Below are positions 1-9,959 of a DNA stretch of 64,000 nt, in pieces. The stretch's first letter is position 1. The number at the start of each line of letters is the position of its first letter. Position numbers and translations under genes: made by a program. Source of the stretch: Clostridia bacterium (GTDB taxonomy: Bacteria; Bacillota; Clostridia; Oscillospirales; CAG-272); NCBI GenBank assembly GCA_017622085.1, contig JAGARU010000030.1:53658-117657 (forward strand), given 5' to 3'. Below the pieces are notes generated by a model. It did not search any database and was not told the DNA's origin. It saw only the letters and a list, made by a program, of their open reading frames with translations.

Positions 1-1768
1 TCTCGTCCACGTAGGAGCCGGCCTGCTCAACGTGAGTACCGAGCACCGTGCGGAGAGCTGCCTGAAGCATGTGAACGGAGGAGTGGTTGCGGCGGATGGC
101 ATCTCTGCGTGCGCCGTCAACGGTAGCAGTCACGGTGTCGCCCACCTTGAGGGTTCCGCTGACAACGGTAGCCATGTGGATGAATACGCCGTCGGTCTTC
201 TTGGTGTCGGTAATGCGGATCTCCGCACCCTCGCAGGTAACGGTACCGGTGTCACCCACCTGACCGCCGCCCTCACCGTAGAAGGGAGTGGTATCAAGAA
301 TCAGAGAGAAGTCGCCCTCGGAGATTTCCTCAAGGGACATATCGTCGGAAAGGATCGCGGCAACCTTTGCCTCAGCCACCGTGGTCTCATAACCGCAGAA
401 CACGGTTTTTTCCATGTCAGCCAGCAAGGTCTTGGAGGCGTTGCTCCAGCCGCTGATGTTGGCGCGAGCCGCACGTGCGCGGTTCTTCTGATCGGTCATA
501 AGAGCCTTGAAAGTCTCCTCATCCACCGTGAAGCCCTGCTCCTCTACGATCTCGCGGGTAAGGTCGATGGGGAAGCCGAAGGTGTCGTAAAGCTTGAATA
601 CGTCTTCACCGGAGATGACGGAAGCCTTGTCCGCCTTTGCCTTTTCAAGGATGGTGTTCAGAATGGCAAGGCCGGCGTCGATGGTGGCGTCAAAGCGCTC
701 CTCCTCGATGGCGATTACCTTCTTAACGTAATCCTGCTTCTCTACGAGCTCGGGATAAGCGGTCTCATTCTGGGAGATCACTACGTCGCAAAGCTCAACA
801 AGGAAGCGGCGGTTGATGCCAAGCAGCTTGCCGTGGCGAGCCGCGCGGCGAAGAATACGGCGAAGCACGTAGCCTCTGCCCTCGTTTGAGGGGATAACGC
901 CGTCGCTGATCATAAAGGTAGCGCTGCGGATGTGGTCGGTAACCACGCGGATGGAAACGTCGTTCTTCGCGTCCGCACCGTAGGTTTTTTCGGCGATGGC
1001 ACAAACGGTGTCGAGGATCTTGCGTACGGTATCAACCTCAAACAGGTTGTCCACGCCCTGCATAACGCAGGCCAGACGCTCCAGACCCATACCGGTATCG
1101 ATGTTCTTCTGCGCTAGCTCGGTGTAGTTGCCCTTGCCGTCGTTGTTGAACTGGGAGAATACGTTGTTCCAGATCTCCATGTAGCGGTCGCACTCACAGC
1201 CGGGCTTGCAGTCGGGGCTGCCGCAGCCGTACTTTTCGCCGCGGTCAAAGTAGATCTCGGTGCAGGGTCCGCAGGGTCCGGTGCCGTGCTCCCAGAAGTT
1301 GTCCGCCTTGCCCAGACGAACGATGTGCTCTGCAGGCACGCCGATCTTGTTTACCCAGATTTCGTAGGTCTCCTCGTCCTCAAGATAGATGGAGGGCCAG
1401 AGACGGTCCGCGGGAAGCTCCATCCACTCGGTCAGGAATTCCCAAGCCCACGGAATCGCTTCATTCTTAAAGTAGTCGCCAAAGCTGAAGTTGCCAAGCA
1501 TCTCAAAGTAGGTACCGTGGCGAGCGGTCTTACCCACGCTCTCAAGGTCGGGGGTGCGGATGCACTTCTGGCAGGTGGTCACGCGGCGGCGCGGAGGCTC
1601 TTCCTCACCCGTGAAGTACTTCTTCATGGGAGCCATGCCGGAGTTGATAAGCAAAAGGGACTTATCGTTGTTGGGCACGAGGGAGAAGCTGGGCAGACGA
1701 AGGTGACCCTTGGATTCAAAGAAGGAGAGATATTTCTCTCGGATCTCATTCAAAGACGTCCATTTCAT
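1..1768 (-). CDS. alaS: Alanine--tRNA ligase (5' part; runs off the left edge)
   Basis: Manual minus-strand translation from ATG 1768: [52 protein letters not shown]...TTCQKCIRT, the AlaRS N-terminus. Missing from the ORF track because there is no stop in the window. Confidence 0.97.
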   Translation of the reverse strand, partial: MKWTSLNEIREKYLSFFESKGHLRLPSFSLVPNNDKSLLLINSGMAPMKKYFTGEEEPPRRRVTTCQKCIRTPDLESVGKTARHGTYFEMLGNFSFGDYFKNEAIPWAWEFLTEWMELPADRLWPSIYLEDEETYEIWVNKIGVPAEHIVRLGKADNFWEHGTGPCGPCTEIYFDRGEKYGCGSPDCKPGCECDRYMEIWNNVFSQFNNDGKGNYTELAQKNIDTGMGLERLACVMQGVDNLFEVDTVRKILDTVCAIAEKTYGADAKNDVSIRVVTDHIRSATFMISDGVIPSNEGRGYVLRRILRRAARHGKLLGINRRFLVELCDVVISQNETAYPELVEKQDYVKKVIAIEEERFDATIDAGLAILNTILEKAKADKASVISGEDVFKLYDTFGFPIDLTREIVEEQGFTVDEETFKALMTDQKNRARAARANISGWSNASKTLLADMEKTVFCGYETTVAEAKVAAILSDDMSLEEISEGDFSLILDTTPFYGEGGGQVGDTGTVTCEGAEIRITDTKKTDGVFIHMATVVSGTLKVGDTVTATVDGARRDAIRRNHSSVHMLQAALRTVLGTHVEQAGSYVDE

Positions 1769-1812
1769 GATATATAGCCTTTCTGTAGAAAAATCATATT
1801 CGCATACACAAT

Positions 1813-1889
1813 ATTATAACACCAATCAAATCGGATTGTCAACATTATACGGCGCCCCTCTTGACAAAAAAGTCGGAAAAATATATAAT
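1813..1889. promoter_or_regulatory. Divergent sigma-A promoters (alaS on -, methyltransferase operon on +)
   Basis: Minus: TTGACA (1842-1837) N18 TATAAT (1818-1813). Plus: TTGACA 1861-1866 N17 TATAAT 1884-1889. Confidence 0.7.
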
Positions 1890-1951
1890 TTTTCCGTAAG
1901 ATACGAAAAAAAACGCTTTTTAAGTATAGGAAAGGATCCAACGGATACACT

Positions 1952-2503
1952 ATGATTGACTTGCTGACACTCCAGAAGAGCTTTCTTTTAACCCACTTAA
2001 AGCCCGGCGACACCGCGGTGGACTTCACCATGGGCAACGGACACGACACCTTGTTTCTGTCCGAGACCGTAGGCCCCACCGGTCATGTGTTTGCCTTTGA
2101 CATTCAGGAGCGCGCTCTGGAGAAGACAAAGGAGTTGCTGGACGCCCACGGAGCGGAGAACTATACTCTCATTCTGTCTTCCCATCATTTGGTGAAGGAC
2201 TACGTAAAGACCCCCATCAAGGCGGGAACCTTCAATCTGGGCTACCTGCCCGGCGGCGGAAACAAGGCACTGACCACCAAATGTGAGACCACCATGCCTG
2301 CGGTTGAGGCGGCCTTGGATCTGTTGGATCACGACGGTGTGCTGATCATCGCTGTTTACCCCGGCCACGAGGAAGGCTCGGAGGAGGGCAAAATGCTGGA
2401 TGCCTACTTTGAGACCATCAGCCGCTTTAAGCTTTGCATTACCAAAATCAAGATCGTCAATGCGCCCACCTCCCCTTATTTCTACGTCATCGAGCGAAAA
2501 TAA
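1952..2503 (+). CDS. Class I SAM-dependent methyltransferase, YtqB/MnmM-like (putative tRNA mnm5s2U34 methylase)
   Basis: VDFTMGNGHDT, FAFDIQ, FNLGYLPGG and YPGHEEG motifs typical of the YtqB family. Confidence 0.8.
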   Translation: MIDLLTLQKSFLLTHLKPGDTAVDFTMGNGHDTLFLSETVGPTGHVFAFDIQERALEKTKELLDAHGAENYTLILSSHHLVKDYVKTPIKAGTFNLGYLPGGGNKALTTKCETTMPAVEAALDLLDHDGVLIIAVYPGHEEGSEEGKMLDAYFETISRFKLCITKIKIVNAPTSPYFYVIERK

Positions 2504-2521
2504 TCGATTGGTTGTGAGATT

Positions 2522-3238
2522 CTGAGAAAAATTATAAGCACCATTCTGCTCCTTGCCCTCTGCGCCTTCCTGTTTCTCGGCGCGACGGGGAATTGGAGCA
2601 GCACTCGGGTTGGAGAGCCTCCCATGGCGCCAGTCCCGGAGGACGAATACCTGCTCCTGGTCAATCGGGAGCACCCGATCGGCCGTGGGAATGCTCCGGA
2701 GGATCTGACGGAGCTTTCCGGCACCCGCGCAGACGGCCGTCCGACTCAAACCATGCGCAAGTGCGCCGCCATGGCGCTGAACGCCATGTTTTTGGAGTTG
2801 GATCGCCTTGGGTATCTGGACCGGACCAGCCCCGACGGCTTGACCTTTTCCGTTACCAGCGGCTATCGGAGCTACGAGTATCAGGCCTCTCTCTTTGAAA
2901 CCTATAAAAGCCAGTATATGGCCGGCGGCATGACGGAGGAGCAGGCTATTGCCCGCGTTTCCCGCACCACCGCCCGCCCCGGCGAGAGTGAGCATCAAAC
3001 AGGGCTTTGCGTGGATATGCACGATCGCCTCTGTGCCACCACAGAGTTTGAGCATTCCCCCGTGTTTGCTTGGCTGTCGGAAAATGCCTGGAAATTCGGG
3101 TTTATCCTCCGCTATCCCAAGGGCAAGGAGGAGATTACCGGCTATTCCTACGAGCCGTGGCATTACCGCTACGTTGGTCGCTTTCATGCTGAACGCATTC
3201 ACCGCGCCGGACTTTGCCTTGAGGAATACGTGAGCTGA
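2522..3238 (+). CDS. M15B (VanY-like) D-Ala-D-Ala carboxypeptidase / LD-carboxypeptidase with N-terminal signal or anchor
   Basis: SGYRSYEYQ, SEHQTGLCVD and EPWHYRY motifs. The frame stays open upstream of ATG 2624 and encodes a signal-like LRKIISTILLLALCAFLFLG, so the start is uncertain (CTG 2522 or ATT 2519). Confidence 0.85.
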   Translation: MRKIISTILLLALCAFLFLGATGNWSSTRVGEPPMAPVPEDEYLLLVNREHPIGRGNAPEDLTELSGTRADGRPTQTMRKCAAMALNAMFLELDRLGYLDRTSPDGLTFSVTSGYRSYEYQASLFETYKSQYMAGGMTEEQAIARVSRTTARPGESEHQTGLCVDMHDRLCATTEFEHSPVFAWLSENAWKFGFILRYPKGKEEITGYSYEPWHYRYVGRFHAERIHRAGLCLEEYVS

Positions 3239-3252
3239 TCGGTCTATCCCAT

Positions 3253-3300
3253 AAAAAAAGTCACCACAAGTCTGCAATGCAGCGTTGTGATGACTTTTTT
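3253..3300. terminator. Bidirectional intrinsic terminator
   Basis: AAAAAAAGTCACCACAA...TTGTGATGACTTTTT between convergent genes. Confidence 0.7.
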
Positions 3301-3307
3301 CATGCAC

Positions 3308-3862
3308 TTAGTTTTTATAAACCTTGTCCAGTCCCACGTTGTACCAGATTCCCACGGAGCTGGGCGCCTCCACGCCCTCCACGTCAAAGTGGATGTTTGC
3401 GTAGATTACCTCCACCCCTTCAAAGGAAACGCCGGTAAATACGTATTGCTCGTAGTGGTAGATGTACTTGTCCATCTCTGCCTGCTTCTCGCCGGAGCAG
3501 GACCAGAGCACCTCTGTCTCGTTGGCGCCGGAGACGGTAAAGGAGATGTCCTCCCGGGTAAAGTCTACGTGCTGCTCCTTGATCCGCTGGAACAGGCGGT
3601 TGCTGTAGCGCAGGGTTACTTGGAGCGTTCCGCTGTCCTTGTTATAGTAGACCGCGTATGCATAAAGAACACCGTCGTCGGAGAGCGGGTCGGTCTGCTT
3701 AAACTGCAAAACCTCGCCCTCGGGAAAGGCCGCCAGAGCAGGGGAAAGCTCGGACAGGGGGGATTGGTCGCTGGTCTGACAGCCGCGCAAGCCCATAAAG
3801 CCGACCACCGCCAGCATGCAAACCACGATCAGTATCTTCAAAATTTTTCCAAAACGCTTCAT
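3308..3862 (-). CDS. Hypothetical exported/membrane-anchored protein
   Basis: 184-aa ORF with GGGAG RBS and a basic-then-hydrophobic N-terminus ending LRGC. Confidence 0.7.
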   Translation of the reverse strand: MKRFGKILKILIVVCMLAVVGFMGLRGCQTSDQSPLSELSPALAAFPEGEVLQFKQTDPLSDDGVLYAYAVYYNKDSGTLQVTLRYSNRLFQRIKEQHVDFTREDISFTVSGANETEVLWSCSGEKQAEMDKYIYHYEQYVFTGVSFEGVEVIYANIHFDVEGVEAPSSVGIWYNVGLDKVYKN

Positions 3863-3970
3863 TTTCGTCTCCCATACATGGCCGATCCGGGCAAAGCGGT
3901 GCCGGATGGCAAAAACTTGACTTTATTATAGCAGAAACCAAGAAAAGAATCAAGAAATTTAGAAAAAACC

Positions 3971-3999
3971 TTGACAAATACGAAAAAAATCAATATAAT
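3971..3999 (+). promoter_or_regulatory. Sigma-A promoter of yceD-rpmF
   Basis: TTGACA N17 TATAAT, perfect consensus. Confidence 0.8.
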
Positions 4000-4041
4000 A
4001 TAAAATTGTGAAATACTCGATTGAGGTAGGGAGGGAGTACG

Positions 4042-4566
4042 ATGATCCTTGACGTATCCGCGTTGCTTTCCGGTAAGGTGGACGTTCTTGAATTTGACTA
4101 TATCATTCCTTTGCTCGACGAGGAGGGCGAGGCGACTATACTGCCTCCGCCGGACGTTGATTTTACAAGTGGGATCCACATCTGTGGCAGGATCACGGAC
4201 AATGCCGGTTATATGGCCTTAAAGGCCTCTTGCGAGATCGGCTACCGCACTGCCTGCGCCAGATGCCTGACAGACCTTGAGGGTACCTTCTGCTACGAGT
4301 TTGAAAAGATCGCGGCAAAGGCAGGAACCATCGAGGGCGACGAGGACAATTACGTGATGATCACCGAGGGCCGCCTGGATCTTGACCGGGATGTGGCCGA
4401 GGAGGTCTCTCTGGAGTTCCCCACACGCTTCCTCTGCTCGGAGGAATGCCTTGGACTTTGTCCGAAATGTGGAAAGAACCGCAATTTGGAGCCCTGCGAT
4501 TGTGCAAATCAAAAAGAAATTGACCCAAGGCTTGCAATTTTGCAAAAACTACTTGAAAATCAATAA
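4042..4566 (+). CDS. yceD: DUF177/YceD family ribosome maturation protein
   Basis: CARCL and CSEECLGLCPKCG...IDPRLA motifs; directly upstream of rpmF. Confidence 0.92.
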   Translation: MILDVSALLSGKVDVLEFDYIIPLLDEEGEATILPPPDVDFTSGIHICGRITDNAGYMALKASCEIGYRTACARCLTDLEGTFCYEFEKIAAKAGTIEGDEDNYVMITEGRLDLDRDVAEEVSLEFPTRFLCSEECLGLCPKCGKNRNLEPCDCANQKEIDPRLAILQKLLENQ

Positions 4567-4628
4567 AAAGTATAGTATAATATAAGTTGTACTGAGAATA
4601 ATGTATTTTCCTTAAGGAGGTGTTTTAC

Positions 4629-4811
4629 ATGGCAGTACCGAAGAGAAAAACATCCAAGGCTCGCAGAGACAAGAGACGTTCCAACGTTTGGAAGCTTGAC
4701 CTCCCCGGAATGGTTAAGTGCCCCAAGTGCGGCGAGTTCAACCTTGCACACCGTGTATGCAGAGCATGCGGAACCTACGACGGCAAGGAAATCATCAAGA
4801 CCGAAGCGTAA
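4629..4811 (+). CDS. rpmF: 50S ribosomal protein L32 (Zn-ribbon type)
   Basis: [17 protein letters not shown]...CPKC...CRAC; AGGAGG RBS; own promoter TTGAAA 4553 N17 TATAAT 4576. Confidence 0.97.
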   Translation: MAVPKRKTSKARRDKRRSNVWKLDLPGMVKCPKCGEFNLAHRVCRACGTYDGKEIIKTEA

Positions 4812-4883
4812 ATCAGATAAACGATTGAGAAAGACCGCAGTCCTGCGGTCTTGCGCTTTTTATAGGCAAAAAACGGAGGAGCT

Positions 4884-5426
4884 ATGGAACACACACCCAC
4901 AAACACCAACAAAAAAATGCGCGTGCTGGCCACCGTCCTGTTCTTTGGGGGAATGATTGCGCTGATGCTCTCGCCCGCTTCCTTTCTGCTTCCCAAGGGC
5001 TATTGGCAGCTTGGCGGCATGGTGGCGTGGATCGCCTGCGCCTACGTGCTGGTTCGTTTTATCCTGACCTCCTATACCTATCGGATCACGCCCCGCTCCC
5101 TGGATAACGACTACCCCCTCCCGTGGGAGATGGACTTTGCCGTGCTCCGCGCTCAGGGCAAGCGCCGGCTGATCATGCTTCGCCTTTCCCTTGAGCATCT
5201 TAAGACCACCTTTTACGTGGGCGACAAGGATTACCGCACCTTGCCGGAGTTTATCGATTTCCGCGCTGCGCAGGTTTATAACTATACGGTCAACGCGGAT
5301 AAGAAGGATCGTTACATGCTGGTCTTTTGCTCTCCCGGCGGAGAATATCACGCCGTTTTGTTCGAGCCCGACCAAACGATGGTCGCATTCTTGAAGGAAG
5401 CGGAAAAGCCGATCGATCTTGAATAA
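4884..5426 (+). CDS. Hypothetical membrane protein (2 TM plus soluble domain)
   Basis: GGAGGAG RBS; two hydrophobic segments. Confidence 0.7.
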   Translation: MEHTPTNTNKKMRVLATVLFFGGMIALMLSPASFLLPKGYWQLGGMVAWIACAYVLVRFILTSYTYRITPRSLDNDYPLPWEMDFAVLRAQGKRRLIMLRLSLEHLKTTFYVGDKDYRTLPEFIDFRAAQVYNYTVNADKKDRYMLVFCSPGGEYHAVLFEPDQTMVAFLKEAEKPIDLE

Positions 5427-5428
5427 GC

Positions 5429-5468
5429 AAAATGCCCCGATTTGCATGGCAAATCGGGGCATTTTTTT
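5429..5468. terminator. Bidirectional intrinsic terminator
   Basis: AAAATGCCCCGATTTGC-ATG-GCAAATCGGGGCATTTTTTT. Confidence 0.85.
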
Positions 5469-7410
5469 ATTCGCTGTCTTCTTTGTTGAAATTCTCTTCC
5501 TCTTCGTAAAGCTGCATCAAAAGATCCTCGGTCTGAATGCGCTCATCCTCCAAGGCGGCGGCGCGCACGTAATCGGTGGCCGCCTCGCCAAACAGCTCGG
5601 TTTCGATTTCAATCAGCCGTGCCTCAAGGCGGGGAATCTCCTTCGCCACAAATTGACGGCGCTTTTGGTCCTTTCGCTTTTTGGCGGCCTCCTGCTTGGC
5701 TTGCAGATATTCATCCTTGCCGTTGGAGGCGACGCTTTGCGCCTTGCCGTCTCCCTTGGCAAGCTCGGCGCGACGCTCCTGCTCCCGGCAAAATTCCTCA
5801 TAGGAGCCGGTAAAGTCCTCGTAGGTGTCGGGGGAGGACAGATGCAAAAAGCGGGTGGCCAGACGGGAAACGAAGTATCGGTCGTGAGACACGGCGATGA
5901 TCGTTCCGTCAAAGGCGGACAGTGCGTTTTCCAGCGCCTCGCGGGAGGCGATGTCCAAGTGGTTGGTGGGCTCGTCCAGAATCAGCACGTTCATCTTTGA
6001 CAGAATCAGCTTAGCCAGCGTCAAACGAGCGCGCTCGCCGCCGCTGAGCAGGGAAACGGTCTTTTCGATGTCGTCACCCGTAAAGCGGAACAGTGCCAGC
6101 GTGTTGCGGATCTCCGTTTGGGTCAAGGAGGGATACGCATCCCAAAGCTCGTCTAAAATGGTCTTCTCCGGATCGAGATTCTGGTTTTCCTGATCGTAGT
6201 AGCCAATGGTCACGTTGTAGCCGAATTCCAGCTTTCCGCCGGTGGGGGATAGCTGACCCATCAGAAGCTTGATGAAGGTGGATTTTCCGCAACCGTTGGG
6301 GCCCAGCACAAACAGACGCTCCTTCTTTTTGAGAAGGAAGGAAAGCTCCCGGAACAGCCGATGCTCGCCAAAGGCCATGGAAAGCCCCTTGACCGTAAGC
6401 ACGTCGTTGCCGCTCTCGTGGGATTCCGTAAAGGTGAATCGGATGGACTTGGGCGCATCCTTGGGCTTTTCAATTTTGGTCATCCGCGCCAGGGCCTTCT
6501 CCCGGGATTCTGCGGCTATGATGTTCCGCTCTCGGTTCCATGCTCTCTGCTGGGCAATGTAGGCCTCCAGCCGGGCAATTTCCTTTTGCTGATTTTTGTA
6601 TTGGTGCTCCAGCACCTCGCGGTCCTTTTCCTTTTTCTCCACGTACGCCGTGTAGTTGCCGTTGTAGAGCTTGGCGTGACGGTGCTCGATCTCCAACGTC
6701 TTGTTGGTTACCCGATCGAGGAAGTATCGGTCGTGGCTGATGAGCATAACCGTCTTTTTGTAAGTGGCCAGATGCTTTTCCAACCATTCCATGGTGGCCG
6801 TATCCAGATGGTTGGTGGGCTCGTCCAGCATCAGAATGTCCGGCTCCTGAGAGAGCAGTCGCGCCAAAGCCAGACGGGTGCGCTGACCTCCGCTGAGGTC
6901 GGACACCTCCATGCCGTGGTAGGACTTGTCGAAGCCCAGCTTTTCAAGAAAGCTGGCGCAACGGGACTTGTACTCCAGTCCGCCTTCGGAAATGTAAGTT
7001 TGATTTAAGGAAGTAAACTCCGCCGTCAGCCGATCCAGCTCCGCACCGTGGGTGGTTTTCAAAAGCTGTTCCAGCTCCGCCAAGCGATATTCGGCTAAAA
7101 TCAAGTGGGGGAACGCGGCATACATCTGCTCCAGCACGGTGCCGCCGATGGGATGCCCGCCAATTTCCGCCGTGTTGCGAAAGGCGTTGTCCTGTGCCAG
7201 CATGCCCACCGTTTTGCCCCGTCCAATAAATACGGAGCCCTCGTCGGTGGTGTACTCGCCGGTAATCAGCTTGAACAGGGAGCTTTTTCCGCATCCGTTC
7301 ACGCCCACCACGCCCAATCGGTCGTTCTCCTCGATGGAGAAGGAAATATTCTCAAAAATGGTGACGACCCCGTAGCGAAGGGCGAGGTCGTTTACACTAA
7401 TTGCAATCAT
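5467..7410 (-). CDS. ABC-F family ribosome-associated ATPase (YdiF/Uup-like)
   Basis: Two NBDs (GVNGCGKS/LSGGQ/LDEPTNHLD and GPNGCGKS/LSGGE), no TM segments, C-terminal coiled coil. Confidence 0.92.
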   Translation of the reverse strand: MIAISVNDLALRYGVVTIFENISFSIEENDRLGVVGVNGCGKSSLFKLITGEYTTDEGSVFIGRGKTVGMLAQDNAFRNTAEIGGHPIGGTVLEQMYAAFPHLILAEYRLAELEQLLKTTHGAELDRLTAEFTSLNQTYISEGGLEYKSRCASFLEKLGFDKSYHGMEVSDLSGGQRTRLALARLLSQEPDILMLDEPTNHLDTATMEWLEKHLATYKKTVMLISHDRYFLDRVTNKTLEIEHRHAKLYNGNYTAYVEKKEKDREVLEHQYKNQQKEIARLEAYIAQQRAWNRERNIIAAESREKALARMTKIEKPKDAPKSIRFTFTESHESGNDVLTVKGLSMAFGEHRLFRELSFLLKKKERLFVLGPNGCGKSTFIKLLMGQLSPTGGKLEFGYNVTIGYYDQENQNLDPEKTILDELWDAYPSLTQTEIRNTLALFRFTGDDIEKTVSLLSGGERARLTLAKLILSKMNVLILDEPTNHLDIASREALENALSAFDGTIIAVSHDRYFVSRLATRFLHLSSPDTYEDFTGSYEEFCREQERRAELAKGDGKAQSVASNGKDEYLQAKQEAAKKRKDQKRRQFVAKEIPRLEARLIEIETELFGEAATDYVRAAALEDERIQTEDLLMQLYEEEENFNKEDSE

Positions 7411-7428
7411 CGTCGTATCTTTCTATGA

Positions 7429-8214
7429 TTATTTTTTGGGGAACAGAACCTGCTTGGTTCGTCCGAGGCCGTAAATGCCGAGGGCAACCATCCAAAGTCC
7501 GTCCGTTACGAAAATGGCTTCCCGGTTCAGATTGAACAGGTAGGCGATTACCGTGGCGCCGCCGACGGACAGGCAAAGCGCGCCGCTGACGGCGCCGAAG
7601 AGGATCAAAAGCAAGGGCTTTGCTTCCTTGTAAGAATGCTTTACCTCGCAGAACAGCAAGTACGCCAGCGTGACGGTGGCGATGGAAGGGAAGTAGCGGA
7701 AGGGGCTGACCAGGGTGACGCTGTCGTTGAAGTAAGCGCAAAAGGCCTCAACGGTAGCCCAAAGCGTAGCACCGCCTCCAAGAATGGAAAGCAGGGGGGA
7801 TTTTTCTCCCCGACAGAGGAACAGCATAACAAAGAAGCCGGCAGCGATCAGGGTGAGCAGAAGTCTCACGTATAAAACCTTGTCCATGGCCGTCCGGTTG
7901 GCAAGAAACGTCATCACCGCATCCAGCACCAGCGCGAAGGCGGCAAACAGGGAGGCAAAATCCAAAAGAGGAGAAATTTTGTAATCCGGTGCATAATTGT
8001 CCCGCCGCAGGGCAAGAATGGGGTACAGCAAAGCCCCCAGGGCGGCCGCCCATCCGATCACCAGGGTAAGGATCCAAAGGGGAGAGCGGGTATCAAAATG
8101 ACCAATGGAAAAGTCGAAGGCATATCCTAAGGAAAGTCCGCCGAGAATGGCGGCAATACAGGCGGCGGCACTTACGCCGGCCAGCCAGAGCTTATTTGCG
8201 GTTCTTTTTTGCAT
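7429..8214 (-). CDS. Hypothetical polytopic membrane protein
   Basis: About 8 hydrophobic segments; AAGGAG RBS; likely co-transcribed with the ABC-F gene. Confidence 0.75.
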   Translation of the reverse strand: MQKRTANKLWLAGVSAAACIAAILGGLSLGYAFDFSIGHFDTRSPLWILTLVIGWAAALGALLYPILALRRDNYAPDYKISPLLDFASLFAAFALVLDAVMTFLANRTAMDKVLYVRLLLTLIAAGFFVMLFLCRGEKSPLLSILGGGATLWATVEAFCAYFNDSVTLVSPFRYFPSIATVTLAYLLFCEVKHSYKEAKPLLLILFGAVSGALCLSVGGATVIAYLFNLNREAIFVTDGLWMVALGIYGLGRTKQVLFPKK

Positions 8215-8538
8215 GCTTCGTTACTCCTTGCAAATGGGGATCGGAAAAATCCCTACATTTATATATTATATATAGATTGGGGGCGCTTGTCCTTGAATCA
8301 GACACTCCCGTTACAGCAATATACACACAATATGATACCACAAAATCGAGCCAACTGCAAGAAAGTTTGGCATATTTTCATGCGAGCAAGCGAAAAACAC
8401 ATAAAAACAGGGTTTGATTGGGCAAAAGACGGACAAATCCGTCCCAAAAACAGATGCCAAATGTGGTTTTTGTGCATTATGCATATAAAGCGGTTGAAAA
8501 AATCTCTATATTTCTATGTGCGACGAAGTGGAAACATA

Positions 8539-8838
8539 TTGATTTTTTTTTGAATCTGTGATAAAATTGTAAAGCTTGATATGCGATGAACCGGGAGGTT
8601 GCTGCACACGCCGCCATGCGTTTTGCAGGGAATTTCCGGGGAGCATATAGCAAACCGGGCGACAGATAACATCGGAACACACTCTGCTGTGGGTTTCCGT
8701 CTGTCAGTCATAATCCGGAGCGAACCCGAGTCCCTCGCGTCAGTTCCGGTTTTATTGAGTGGCACACGGAAACACACGGCAAAGTGTTCCAAACGGTTTG
8801 TCCCCCATAAATTATAATATTTAAGGAGGAAAAAGCAA
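8539..8838 (+). promoter_or_regulatory. S10 operon promoter plus ~265-nt structured 5' leader (putative r-protein leader)
   Basis: TTGATT 8539 N17 TG-A-TAAAAT 8562, then a GC-rich leader with nested complementarity (e.g. GACAGA...TCTGTC, GGAAC...GTTCC) before the rpsJ RBS. Confidence 0.7.
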
Positions 8839-9150
8839 ATGGCAGTTAAGGAAAAGATCCGGGTAAGACTGAAGGGCTACGACCACAAGCTGGTTGATGC
8901 CGCATCTGCAAAGATCGTTGAGACCGCTAAGAGAAACGGCGCTACCGTTTCCGGTCCGATTCCGCTTCCCACCGAAAAGGAAATCGTAACGATCCTTCGC
9001 GCTGTACACAAGTACAAGGACAGCCGCGAGCAGTTCGAACAGCGCACCCACAAGCGTCTCATTGAGATCGAGAAGCCTTCTCAGAAGGTTGTTGAAGCTC
9101 TCATGAGCGTTGAGCTCCCCGCAGGCGTAGAAATCGAAGTTAAGCTTTGA
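8839..9150 (+). CDS. rpsJ: 30S ribosomal protein S10
   Basis: [11 protein letters not shown]...GPIPLPT...[15 protein letters not shown]. Confidence 0.99.
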   Translation: MAVKEKIRVRLKGYDHKLVDAASAKIVETAKRNGATVSGPIPLPTEKEIVTILRAVHKYKDSREQFEQRTHKRLIEIEKPSQKVVEALMSVELPAGVEIEVKL

Positions 9151-9306
9151 TTCTCGCTTAACCCCAAGAAGCCATCCTGACCGTACAGTGACGCGCCCCA
9201 CTCAGGCGACTCATGATGACGGCAAGGTCAAGTTGGCGCTGCCGGCGTGGCTGCCGGCAAAAACAGAGGCGTCAACCAATAACCTTAATTTAGGAGGAAA
9301 GCAAAA

Positions 9307-9939
9307 ATGAAAAAAGGTATTATCGGAAAGAAGCTGGGCATGACTCAGATTTTCGATGAAAACGGCATCGTAATTCCCGTAACGGTTATCGAAGCCGGCC
9401 CCTGTGCAGTAGTACAGAAGAAGACCGTGGAGAACGATGGTTACTCCGCACTTCAGCTTGGTTTTGAGGACAAGACCGAGAAGCACACCACCAAGCCCCT
9501 CGCTGGTCACTTCAAGAAGGCCGGCGTAAGCGCAAAGAGACACCTCAAGGAGTTCAAGCTTGAGAACGCAGCCGAGTATGAAGTTGGCGCTATGATCACC
9601 GCCGATACCTTCGCCGCAGGCGAGAAGGTCGACATTACTGGTATCACCAAGGGTCACGGATACTCCGGTACCGTTAAGAGATGGAACAACCACATCCTCA
9701 GAATGACTCACGGTACGGGTCCCGTTCACCGTCAGCCCGGTTCTATGGGTGCTAACTCCACTCCTTCGAGAATCTTCAAGAACAAGAAAATGGCAGGTCA
9801 GTACGGTAACGATAAGCTCACCGTTCTTAACCTGGAAGTTGTTAAGGTTGATGCAGAAAAGAACCTGATCGCAGTAAAGGGTGCAGTTCCCGGCGCTCGC
9901 AACGGTATCGTCTTCATCCGCGACAGCATCAAAGCATAA
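9307..9939 (+). CDS. rplC: 50S ribosomal protein L3
   Basis: [10 protein letters not shown]...VKGAVPG. Confidence 0.99.
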   Translation: MKKGIIGKKLGMTQIFDENGIVIPVTVIEAGPCAVVQKKTVENDGYSALQLGFEDKTEKHTTKPLAGHFKKAGVSAKRHLKEFKLENAAEYEVGAMITADTFAAGEKVDITGITKGHGYSGTVKRWNNHILRMTHGTGPVHRQPGSMGANSTPSRIFKNKKMAGQYGNDKLTVLNLEVVKVDAEKNLIAVKGAVPGARNGIVFIRDSIKA

Positions 9940-9959
9940 GCGAAAGGGAGGAAAAAAGA

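Noticed and set aside
32-1777. Plus-strand ORFs of 285, 61 and 163 aa
   Set aside because: Antisense shadows of alaS, which is clearly encoded on the minus strand.
1769-1812. Expected T-box leader for alaS
   Set aside because: The promoter lies ~45 nt from the ATG, and no T-box consensus or terminator is visible.
2624-3238. Glycopeptide resistance (van) cluster
   Set aside because: Only a lone M15B peptidase is present; no vanH/A/X/R/S, so it is most likely housekeeping.
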